A stretch of 26,919 nt of DNA, taken from a virus. Lineage: Duplodnaviria > Caudoviricetes. Of the stretch, positions 1 to 9,600 are shown piece by piece (the first letter of the stretch is position 1; each line of letters begins with the position of its first letter). The position numbers and the translations under genes are program-made. The notes beneath the pieces were generated by a model. The model searched no databases and was not told the origin of the DNA. It saw only the letters and a list, made by a program, of their open reading frames with translations. The stretch is taken from the IMG/VR virus record IMGVR_UViG_3300031519_004846, positions 1 to 26,919 of that record; one strand, given 5' to 3'.

Positions 1-2
1 TT

Positions 3-83
3 GTTGTACATAATGATGCGTTTGAATTACCAAAAGCCTGGAATTATACTAACGTAACGGTTGACAAGATAAGTAGTTTGTAA
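3..83 (+). CDS. 3' end of an upstream hypothetical protein (partial, ...VVHNDAFELPKAWNYTNVTVDKISSL*)
   Basis: Frame is open from the window edge to TAA at 81-83; too short to assign. Confidence 0.5.
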   Translation, partial: VVHNDAFELPKAWNYTNVTVDKISSL

Positions 84-89
84 TATAAT
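61..89 (+). promoter_or_regulatory. Consensus sigma70 promoter upstream of queD
   Basis: TTGACA (61-66), 17-nt spacer, TATAAT (84-89): perfect consensus. Confidence 0.85.
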
Positions 90-98
90 AGTTACTAA

Positions 99-156
99 AG
101 TGGACTTTGTGTTCGACCCACTATAAACATTCCGCACACTCCATTAACTTAGGAGT
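99..156 (+). ncRNA. Candidate cis-regulatory RNA (preQ1-I-like H-type pseudoknot plus SD-sequestering hairpin) in the queD 5' UTR
   Basis: Stem AGTGG(99-103)/CCACT(118-122), then ATAAAC; loop TGTGT(108-112) can pair with GCACA(134-138); ACTCC(138-142) pairs with GGAGT(152-156) over the SD. Confidence 0.5.
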
Positions 157-161
157 ATAAA

Positions 162-638
162 ATGGCTTACTATTCGACAAAAACATACGGACATCAAATT
201 GGGCTTAGTGCAGTGTTCCGTCAACCCAACGCAGATCATTCACACTGTCATTTGCTACATGGCTACAGTTTGGCATTTAAATTTACATTTGGTTGTAAAG
301 AATTAGACAACAAAAACTGGGCAGTAGACTTTGGCGGACTTAAACCTTTGAAGGCTTGGCTCGAAGATAGTTTTGATCACAAGACTGTAATTGATCGTGA
401 AGATCCGTTCTTGTATAAATTTTCAGAACTTGAAGCAATGGGTTTAGCAGAGGTTAGAGTAATGGACGGCGTTGGTGTAGAAAAGTTTGCAGAACATGCA
501 TGGCGTTTTGCAGATGCATTAGTTAAAGAAATGTCCGGTGGACGTTGCTGGTGTGAATCAGCAGAGTGTTCAGAGCACGGTGCTAACTCAGCAATCTACA
601 CACCATTTACGGTACAGCGGGTATCGTTTGCTGAATGA
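162..638 (+). CDS. queD: 6-pyruvoyl-tetrahydropterin synthase / QueD-like protein
   Basis: HCHLLHGY, VDFGGLK and FDH motifs and a C-terminal Glu-bearing strand typical of the PTPS/QueD T-fold family; SD AGGAG at 151-155. Confidence 0.85.
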   Translation: MAYYSTKTYGHQIGLSAVFRQPNADHSHCHLLHGYSLAFKFTFGCKELDNKNWAVDFGGLKPLKAWLEDSFDHKTVIDREDPFLYKFSELEAMGLAEVRVMDGVGVEKFAEHAWRFADALVKEMSGGRCWCESAECSEHGANSAIYTPFTVQRVSFAE

Positions 639-1330
639 ATTATGTTGTCTGTTTAAAACACGGTGCTAAGTACGGCGCCGAATATGTAAATAGACTTCAC
701 AGCATGGTCAACAGACATCTAACTGTTGATCATGAATTTGTGTGTTTAACCGAACACCCTCAAGGTATAAACGACGGAATTAAAATTATACCGTTGCATT
801 TAGATTCTAGAATTACAGGATGGTGGTATAAGCCATATTTCTTTAATCCAAATCTAGGAGTTGATGGTACAATATTATACCTAGATTTAGATGTTGTAAT
901 CTGCAATAATTTAGATAAATTTTTTACGTATAAACCAACTGAATTTTGCATTATTAGAGATTTTAATAGACATCAGCGACCTGGATGGGATCGAATGAAT
1001 TCTAGTGTGTTTAGATTGAATACAGGACAGCACGCTCACGTGTATGACGAGTTTATTAAGAATCCTCACGGTGCAAGAAGATTCCACGGTGATCAAGATT
1101 GGATGTATGCTAAAATAAAAGACAACTTTAAGTTTTGGCCAGATGAGTGGGTACAGAGTTACAAATGGGAAATGCGTGGCAAGCCTGAAATGGTTAGAAT
1201 AAATGGAAAACGAAACTTCAAAGATATAGGTGAGCCTGTGGTATTGCCTGAAACTAGTATTGCAGTATTTCACGGCGATCCAAATCCTAACGAATGTAGA
1301 GATCCATGGGTGGTAGACAATTGGCGTTGA
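635..1330 (+). CDS. GT-A fold glycosyltransferase (GT8-like)
   Basis: YLDLDVVI DxD motif, NSSV, GDQDW and VFHGDPNP motifs; ATGA overlap with the queD stop. Confidence 0.75.
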   Translation: MNYVVCLKHGAKYGAEYVNRLHSMVNRHLTVDHEFVCLTEHPQGINDGIKIIPLHLDSRITGWWYKPYFFNPNLGVDGTILYLDLDVVICNNLDKFFTYKPTEFCIIRDFNRHQRPGWDRMNSSVFRLNTGQHAHVYDEFIKNPHGARRFHGDQDWMYAKIKDNFKFWPDEWVQSYKWEMRGKPEMVRINGKRNFKDIGEPVVLPETSIAVFHGDPNPNECRDPWVVDNWR

Positions 1331-1524
1331 CAAACATTAAAAAGCGTGTTATACTATTTGTAAGATGGTACAAAAAGCTGAGCCCAGAATACGGTTGGTG
1401 GGCTAGCTGGCAATACGCACTACACAACTCAGGTACACATTTACTTAACGGTGATTACAGATATCCTACTAATTGGCAAGAACTTAAGGCACAAGGTAAA
1501 AAATATGACATGTTCGACTTATGA
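1306..1524 (+). CDS. Small hypothetical protein (start uncertain)
   Basis: Fills the gap between the glycosyltransferase and uvsE; aromatic-rich; no clear SD and overlaps a promoter. Confidence 0.4.
   Translation: MGGRQLALTNIKKRVILFVRWYKKLSPEYGWWASWQYALHNSGTHLLNGDYRYPTNWQELKAQGKKYDMFDL
1327..1355 (+). promoter_or_regulatory. Sigma70 promoter with extended -10, upstream of uvsE
   Basis: TTGACA (1327-1332), 17 nt, TATACT (1350-1355) preceded by TGn. Confidence 0.7.
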
Positions 1525-2599
1525 GCGTATTGGCTTTGCATGCAAGTACATGCACCCAGATCAAACTCAACCTAAAAAACTTCTAGAAGAAATTCAGCGG
1601 CCACTAAATACTAAGTCAACTACAGTACAATGGCTTAACCGTCAAACTCGCGAAATCGCAGAGCAACGCTTGTGGGACATTATGGTGCATAACATTGATG
1701 CATATAGGAGATTGATTGAATATGTCGGTAGCTTACCACAAGGCCTTAGAATGGTTAGACTCGGCAGCGATTGTCTTCCTGTTTACACTCAGCAGGATTG
1801 GCGGTACTACTGGCGACTACCAGACGTTATTGCCTATTGTGAAAGAGAGTTTGCCAAGGTGGGCGAGACTGCTCGTAGGCTTGATGTACGTTTGTCTATG
1901 CATCCTGGCCAGTTTACTGTTCTTGCTAGTGATGACGCTGATATTGTTGAGCGTAGTATAGAGGAGTTTGAGTATCACACGGATATCATCAGGTGGATGG
2001 GGTATGGTCAAAAGTGGCAAGACTTCAAGTGTAATGTCCACATTAGTGGTAGACAAGGTCCAGCCGGTATTATCAATGCACTTCCAAAATTGTCTAGAGA
2101 AGCCCGAAACTGTATTACCATCGAAAACGACGAAAACAAATGGGGACTCGACAGCAGTCTTGAACTCGAAAAACATGTCGCACTCGTGCTTGACATACAC
2201 CATCACTGGTGCCGTGAAGGTGAATACATACAGCCCACCGACGATAGATTTAAACGTGTAATTGACAGCTGGCGTGGTGTACGTCCTGCAATTCACTACA
2301 GCTACAGTCGTGCAGAGTATGTAGGACACATTGACAATGCTTTGCCCGATATGCCAGTGTTGTTTGAGCAAGGCTACAAGAAAGCAAAACTACGTGCGCA
2401 CAGTGATTGGTATCCTAATCAAGCTGTAAATGACTGGGCACTAAGTTTCTTACCCTACACAGATATCATGTGCGAATCAAAATGCAAGAACTTAGCCAGC
2501 ATTGAGCTGTATAAATACTACAAAGGAAAAGACAATGAGTTATCTAAACAATATGTACGGCAGGAGCAGCCAACCGCAGCAGAGCCGGTCTTCGGATAA
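1505..2599 (+). CDS. uvsE: UV DNA damage endonuclease (UvsE/UVDE)
   Basis: RIGFAC, RLSMHPGQFTVLAS, IENDE, LDIHHH, IHYS and RAHSD motifs. ATG at 1505 after AAGGT is preferred over the track's start at 1451. Confidence 0.9.
   Translation: MTCSTYERIGFACKYMHPDQTQPKKLLEEIQRPLNTKSTTVQWLNRQTREIAEQRLWDIMVHNIDAYRRLIEYVGSLPQGLRMVRLGSDCLPVYTQQDWRYYWRLPDVIAYCEREFAKVGETARRLDVRLSMHPGQFTVLASDDADIVERSIEEFEYHTDIIRWMGYGQKWQDFKCNVHISGRQGPAGIINALPKLSREARNCITIENDENKWGLDSSLELEKHVALVLDIHHHWCREGEYIQPTDDRFKRVIDSWRGVRPAIHYSYSRAEYVGHIDNALPDMPVLFEQGYKKAKLRAHSDWYPNQAVNDWALSFLPYTDIMCESKCKNLASIELYKYYKGKDNELSKQYVRQEQPTAAEPVFG
2510..2517 (+). promoter_or_regulatory. T4-type late promoter
   Basis: Exact TATAAATA inside the 3' end of uvsE, 17 nt before ATG 2535 (with AAGGA SD). 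Confidence 0.6.
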
Positions 2600-2789
2600 G
2601 AACCCTAATCGAGTATTAGGAGGACTTCGCGGTCAAGGCGCAGACATGATGTCTATTTTAGGTGAGGACGGTACTGAACACAAGGTCCCTTCGCAAAAAT
2701 ATGTACAAGGATTAGAAGATAAATTGCGCACCACAGAAGCAAGATTAACAACTTTAGAAAAACATGTAAGGAGAATAGGAAATGATTAA
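2535..2789 (+). CDS. Hypothetical protein with C-terminal coiled coil
   Basis: ATG 2535 after AAGGA; heptad-like LEDKLRTTEARLTTLEK; overlaps the uvsE 3' end by 65 nt. Confidence 0.7.
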   Translation: MSYLNNMYGRSSQPQQSRSSDKNPNRVLGGLRGQGADMMSILGEDGTEHKVPSQKYVQGLEDKLRTTEARLTTLEKHVRRIGND

Positions 2790-2937
2790 CTGGATTATGA
2801 AAAGAATGACTGAACGAACATCGCTTGATGGCGCTGTTTTAATTGCAACAGGTATTGCAATGATTTTAGTGCCAGTAGATTTAATTGCATATGCTGCAAT
2901 TTTTTATGGCGCTTGGACTATCTGGAAAAAAGAATAG
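2782..2937 (+). CDS. 51-aa membrane protein (two short hydrophobic segments), absent from the ORF track
   Basis: MINWIMKRMTERTSLDGAVLIATGIAMILVPVDLIAYAAIFYGAWTIWKKE; AGGAG/AGGA upstream; TAG at 2935-2937. Confidence 0.75.
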   Translation: MINWIMKRMTERTSLDGAVLIATGIAMILVPVDLIAYAAIFYGAWTIWKKE

Positions 2938-3225
2938 TTACAATTTACTAATATCTAACTCACTAGAAGCAGGTATGTTCCATATCTGCTTCTTTTCTAC
3001 TCCCTTCTTTTGAGCAAATATTTTACTATCACAGGTCTTACATACGTGAAAGTAATTGTTGCTAATGCGCTTTGGATCCATGCTTCCGCGCAATCTTACA
3101 AACTCCGTATCGCAGTTATCGCAACGAAGTACGACACAAGTACAGCTACGCACATACTCGTGTAGATTTCCACATTTTGATTTACGGGAGTGCCGGGTCT
3201 CTCTTTGAAATTCTCTTATGAACAT
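2938..3225 (-). CDS. Cys-rich putative zinc-binding protein
   Basis: CDNC and CKTC pairs, basic N-terminus; TAAATA box just upstream on the minus strand. Confidence 0.7.
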   Translation of the reverse strand: MFIREFQRETRHSRKSKCGNLHEYVRSCTCVVLRCDNCDTEFVRLRGSMDPKRISNNYFHVCKTCDSKIFAQKKGVEKKQIWNIPASSELDISKL

Positions 3226-3230
3226 AAGTA

Positions 3231-3266
3231 TATTTACATTAAGATTATAAAATGTATCGATAAATA
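3231..3266. promoter_or_regulatory. Back-to-back late-type promoters
   Basis: Minus-strand TAAATA at 3231-3236 and plus-strand GATAAATA at 3259-3266 in the divergent intergenic gap. Confidence 0.55.
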
Positions 3267-3286
3267 CACTAGAACAAGGATAATAA

Positions 3287-3649
3287 ATGAGTATTTGTAC
3301 ACTTACAGACGCAGCTAAACAGCAAATTAATACACTTTGTGTAGAAAATAACTATTATGCAATCAGCTTAAACCTTAAGGGCGGTGGCTGCGCAGGTTTT
3401 GAATACGACTGGGGAATAATTCCTACAGCAGAAGGCATCGAAGCAAAGGATCTAGTTATAGATGCCGGCGAAGGTAAGTTCGTAGTAGGCGGACATAGTA
3501 TGATGTTTTTGTTTGGCACTGAAGTAGATTATGTAAAATCTATTGTGGGGGCAAATTTTGAGATAAGAAATCCTAACGCAAAATCAGCATGCGGCTGTGG
3601 AGTTAGTGTAAATTTTGATATGGATAAGCTGGCAACACCAGCAATTTAA
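3287..3649 (+). CDS. iscA: A-type Fe-S cluster carrier (IscA/SufA/HesB family)
   Basis: LTDAA, GGGCAGFEY and NPNAKSACGCGVS with all three conserved Cys; SD AAGGA. Confidence 0.9.
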   Translation: MSICTLTDAAKQQINTLCVENNYYAISLNLKGGGCAGFEYDWGIIPTAEGIEAKDLVIDAGEGKFVVGGHSMMFLFGTEVDYVKSIVGANFEIRNPNAKSACGCGVSVNFDMDKLATPAI

Positions 3650-3662
3650 CGGAGCAAATTAA

Positions 3663-6600
3663 ATGACTAGACAAGTAGTTAATATCGGTGTAGAGGGCAA
3701 TGACGGAACTGGTGATAGTATCCGTGAAGCATTTAGTAAGTCAAACGAAAACTTTCAAGAGTTGTATGCTGTCTTCGGACAAGGCGGCCAAATTGGGTTT
3801 AGTTCGCTTAGTGATACACCTAATAGTTTAGTCGATGCTGGCGGTGATGGTAACCTAGTTGCTATATCAAGTAGTGACGGTAGCTCGATGCTACTAAAAT
3901 CGTTAGAAGGCATAGGATTAATAATTGACTACACTACTGATCCTAATAAGATTAGAATTATAAACCAAGGTGCAGCAGTATCAAACGATATCCAGCCAGC
4001 CCTAGGCGGCGACTTAGATGGCATAGGATTATTTTCAGTAGCAAGACTAGCTCCAGTCACAGATGAAACTGCTACACAATTTAATAACACTCACAGTCTA
4101 ACAGGTACAAGTAACGCAATAACCACAGATGATTTAGTTATTGACAAAGCATATGCTGATCAAAACTATGCAAATACCGGTAAACCAATTCCAATTAGAG
4201 ACGAGCCGTCGGATGCTACAGAATACACATTAACTATTTCAGCAGTTAGCGGAGTTGATGCAACTGTAACAGCACACGGATTAAACACTGGTAATAACGG
4301 TGAAGCATATGTATTTGACGGTACTAGTGCTGAAGGATTAATAGACGGTGATACATACTATATTAAAGTTGTTGATAAAAATACACTACGTCTGTTTGCA
4401 AGTGAAATAAACGCACTAGCCGGCAACGCTGCATTAACATTAACTACTGGTACAATAACTAATTCTAAGTACGACTCTAATATTCCAGGTTACTATTTAG
4501 ATGACGAAGCATTACCTCGCAAGCATGCAGTAAAACGCAGTGGCGACAAAATGACTGGTAATTTATACCTAAACGATCATCCAGGTAGTTTTGGCGGGGT
4601 AGATTCCGGAGTTGAGGAAGACTATCAAGCAGCAACTAAGTTCTATGTTGATAATACCAGTTTTGCAAGCACAACTAATATCTTTGTTAGTACACAAGGC
4701 AGTGATGTACAGGCAACAACATCTTATGAAAAAAGAGGACGTTCGCCAAGTACTGCATTTAGATCTGTTAACAAAGCTGCAGAACTAGCAGAAGAACTAA
4801 TAGCAACTACGAGACCAACAACAGGTCCGTATATGCAGACCATCACATATAATACAATAGCGCCTGCATTGATTACTGCAAAAGGATTGACTAACGGTTC
4901 TGGTTATACTAATATGTTTGCACTGTTGACCGACAACAGAAATTTTATCATTGAAGAAGTTGTTGCTTATGTAAATGCTACATTCCCAGACTTTGTATAC
5001 GACACAACTATTTGTGCTCGTGATGTAGGCTTAATGGTTGATAGTATTAAGTTAGACGTAGAAAGTGGTAGTGTAACAAACTTCTTAACTATACAAGCAG
5101 GCTTAAGATATTTTAGTAGTCCAAGCGGCAGAAAAGCAATTTCTACTCAACTAACAGAAACTGGCAGTGCAATACGTCATGCTAAGTTAGTAGTTAATAG
5201 AATACTACAAAACGAATTACATCCTGTTACAGTGGGAAATAATAGAACACAAACAGTTCTTGCAAACCCTGCTAATGCAACTGCAAGAGGCGCCGTACTT
5301 GCAAGATTTGAAAAAATACTAGACATAATCGAAGGCGATCAGCAAGGTAATCCTCCAGGCTTAGAAAGTACAGGCCCGCTAGTTGAAGGAAGTACTTATA
5401 GTATTGTCGTCGACAACGGTGGACAAGGATACTTAGATCAAGCAAATCCTGCTAATTTAGATCTACGAGCAGGTAAAGTTATACGAGGCAAAGAAAGTGG
5501 CGCTTTGGGACGCATTGTTGAAATACATAATGCTGCCAGTGAAGATACTGCTGAAATGCAACTATTAGAACCAGTAGAATTTGTAGTAGGCGAAGAAATT
5601 GAATTTGGTAACTTTATTAAAGATCAACAAATTAGCATCAGAATAGAATCAGGAATATACGAAGAACAATTTCCAATTAAAATTCCTGCTAACGTGTCAA
5701 TTAAAGGTGACGAGTTTAGACGTGTAATTCTTAAACCAGCAGCTGGTACAAGTACATCTAAATGGGCTAACACCTATTTTTATAGAGACAATACATTTGA
5801 CGGATTAACATTAGCAACAACTGGTGTACAAGATCCTATAACAGGTGGTTACTACGGAAACCATTATTTAACAGATGCAACTAAAGAAGTTAATGTAAGT
5901 AATTTTGCAAAAACTAATTTAGGCAAGTATAACCAAGCAGCATTACTAGTTCTTAAAAATAAAGAATTCATTGTTGAAGAAGTTATACAGTTTATCCAAA
6001 CAACATATCCTTCATTGTCTTACAACGAAACAAAATGTCGTAGAGATACAGGATTTATTGTAGAAGGTATTGTATACGACATGATTAACGGTGGCAGACA
6101 ACGGTCATTGGCTAATCAAGGAGCATATTATGCAGGTGCCGTTAGTGGACAAGAAACAGAAACTGCATCAGCAATACAGCACATTAGTACACTTGCTGTG
6201 AATATATTAGCCAATGCTAGCGGAAGTCCATATGTAGCACTAGGTGTTACTCCACAAGTATTTGATCCTAAACTTACTGCTGAAGCAAATGCCCTGACAT
6301 CGTTAGATGCGTTAGTAGATTTGGTGGCGTATGCATTTAATGATGGTTTTAATCCTCCTAAAGAAAACTCAGAAATGGATGTTTTCTTGTTAAACGATGC
6401 TGGTATCGTTAGAAATATGAGCGTGCAAGGACATGGCGGATTTATGTGTACGCTTGATCCTGAAGGTCAAGTATTAACTAAATCTCCATACATTCAAACT
6501 GCTTCAAGTTTTTCACAAAGTACAAATGCGCAAAGATTTGCTGGCGGTATGTTTGTTGACGCATGGGTAGGAAATGTACCTATGTCAATATACACAAATG

Positions 6601-9600
6601 CTGGTACAACTCCGTTTAGATTGTATGTTAAAACTATCGGCCTAGGCGGACTGTTTAGAAGAAAACCACAAACTCCTGCACCTTTCTACATTGACGGCAT
6701 ACGTTATACAGTAAATGCTGTTACTGAGTATGATCAGGCAACCGGTAGTGCAATATTAATTCTCGATCCAACTTCAGGAGAAGGAACCGGGTTTACTGAA
6801 GTTATTCCTGCATTTACTGATCCAGATCCAAATGATCCAACACAGCGTACAGGCGGATTTCCGATATATGTACAAACTGCTGGCAACCGTAGTATGCTTG
6901 CCAACGACTTTACTCAAATTAATGACGACGGTTATGGTACAGTTGCAACTAACGGCGCATTATCAGAGCTAGTTTCGCAATTTACTTACTATTGTCATAC
7001 AGCATATTATGCAAACAACGGTGGACAGATTAGATCACTTAATGGTTCTAATGCATATGGCGAATATGGCTTAGTTGCCGCGGGCGCTGATCCAAATGAA
7101 ATTCCAGATGCAGTTGCACTTGTTGATAATTTTGTACAAGCAGCAGGTGCGTATGGTAATGGAGGAGTACAGGATAACCCTAAAGATCAATTATACATTT
7201 ACATTACGGGCACAAGTTATACTCCACATGCTAGAGGCGAACTTGAAATTGATCACGGTGGATCTATAGGAGTAACCCGTTACGAAGTTGCAACTGTAGA
7301 AAATATTACTACGGGTGATCCGTTAATAGCTGGCTCACTAGCAGGACGTGATACTACAGTTTGGAAAATTAACTTTAGTACAAGCGGCCAAGACGGCAAA
7401 AGTGATACAGGACTAAAAGCAATTGTAGCCAACGGTACTCCAATTACACTAAGATGTAACCAAAACTTCCGATTTGACGGAGTTAGAGAAGTACAACCAA
7501 TTCGACCTTCGACTGCGGTGGCATTTAATGAGTATGCAGGTATTGTTTACAGATCAATCGAATTTGGTGCCTTTGACGGCTCAGGTGTTGCATTACTAGA
7601 GTCAGATGAAACTGTTGTTACTATTGATCAAACGTACGATTATTTAAGACTTGCTGTAAAACAAACTGAAGTTGCAACTGCAAATGCAGACGGCAATGCA
7701 GGCACACAAGGTGCAACAGCAGGCGACACGCTAATTGCGATCGAACTTATAACATCTCCGGACGATATTGGTAGACTTAACAATAACTTGCTAACAGATA
7801 TTTCATTACGTACAGTGTTGGTTGCAGGCCAAAGTCTGCAACCTGCACATATACTTGGATGGGCAGGACAAGTATACGAAGTTTATGAATATGTTGACCG
7901 TGGCGACTATGCAACTGTTAAAATACAAAGATATGCCGACCAAGCAACTGCACAAACAGGAGCAACTGGCTTAGGTACTAGTTTACAGTTTTCGACATAT
8001 GATATTACACTACGTGCAGGCTTACAAGGTAAAGTAGTTACCACAGCAGCTGATGTTACAACAGGTACAATTACATTTAAGATTTCAACTTGTCGTGCTA
8101 CAGGACATGACTTCTTAGACATCGGTACAGGTAGTTACAACGACAGTAACTATCCGAACGTTGTACTAGGCGAGCCAGTTATACAAGGTACACAAGATAG
8201 AGAAGTGCAAGAACGCACTGAAGGTCGTGTGTTCTATGTGAGTACAGACCAAGATGGTTTCTTCCGTGTAGGTAGATTCTTTACAGTTGATCAAGGTACT
8301 GGACGGGTTACATTTAGTGCAAGTATTGCTCTTAGTAACCTAGACGGTATTGGCTTTAAGCGTGGTGTTGCTATTACAGCATTCTTAACAGATACATCAA
8401 TGGTTGACAATGCTACAGATGTTGCGCCAACACAGAGTGCAGTTGTAGGTTATGTTAATAGACGTTTAGGTTTTACAGTAGCAGGCGCAGCAGTTCCTAA
8501 TCCACTAAGTCCATTTGGTGGATTCTTAAAACTCAACGGCGGACAAATGTCAGGTCCTATTAATATGTTTGATAATCATATTATTAATGTTCCAGATATT
8601 ACTCCAGATTACAATGACAACACTGTTGCTGTTAACAAAGCATACGTTGATGCTAACCTAGAAGCGTATAATCAACTTACAGAGCTACGTGATATTGATA
8701 TATTTGAACCATCGGCTGGCGATATATTAATGGCTACTGGATTGTTTAGAGTTATTGTTGACAATACTATAAACGGAGATTGGGAAAATAATATAGGTGC
8801 TGCGCTTACTACTAGTAGCGGGTCAACTGGTACGCTAGTTGATGCACTAGACACACTTATTAGAGGTGATGCTGTAACCGTGTTAACTTACGAGTTAACT
8901 AGCGTAACACAATTTCCACCTACAGATACAGTAAGTTACAGTGGAGGTGTTAATGCACAAATTCTTAGCCCGGGCGGTGTTCCGGTTGATGAATTTGCTA
9001 ACCTAGCGTTAGTTGACGGTGACATTTCAATTGCAATATCTAGAAACGGTCCTGGGGTAAAAAGTACAGCAACATTAAGTATTAGAGATGCTGTAATTAC
9101 TAATGATAACATTGCAGCAGATGCAGCTATTGAACAATCTAAATTAGATATGAATATTGCTGTTGCAAATAGTACAGCACCAACAGGAACAGTAGCAGTT
9201 ATACAAGCAGCAAGTGGACTAACTAGTTTTGATAGTACGCAGTTTAACGTAACAACTGGCTGGGCTAGTATTAAGGATGCAGGAGTTGCTCATACTAAAC
9301 TTGCAAATGTTACTACAGGCACAGTATTAGGTAGACTTACTGGAACTAATGGTCCGGTAGAACAAGTAACCTTTTCAGATATAGTAGATGGCGGACTTGA
9401 TGTAACTACTACAGGCGAAGCAAGTAAAATTGTTAAGACTACTGCTGGTGGCAAAATTGTTGCAGGCACAGACGGCTTTGAAGGGACTAAACTAATACTA
9501 GACGGCGTTACTGCACTTGACTTTAGTGGTACAGCACACAGACTGTTTAGTAAAGGCGGAAATGAATTAATTAGTTTAGACGGCACTGCTATTACTGCAA

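Noticed and set aside
1451-1504. Track's extended N-terminus for UvsE
   Set aside because: The family motif RIGFAC begins just after ATG 1505, which has an SD-like AAGGT; the extension has no support.
760-2371. Alternative-frame and antisense ORFs over the glycosyltransferase and uvsE (760-951, 911-1333, 1716-1961, 1817-2371, 1968-2261, 2008-2196)
   Set aside because: They overlap well-supported genes almost entirely and show no recognisable motifs.
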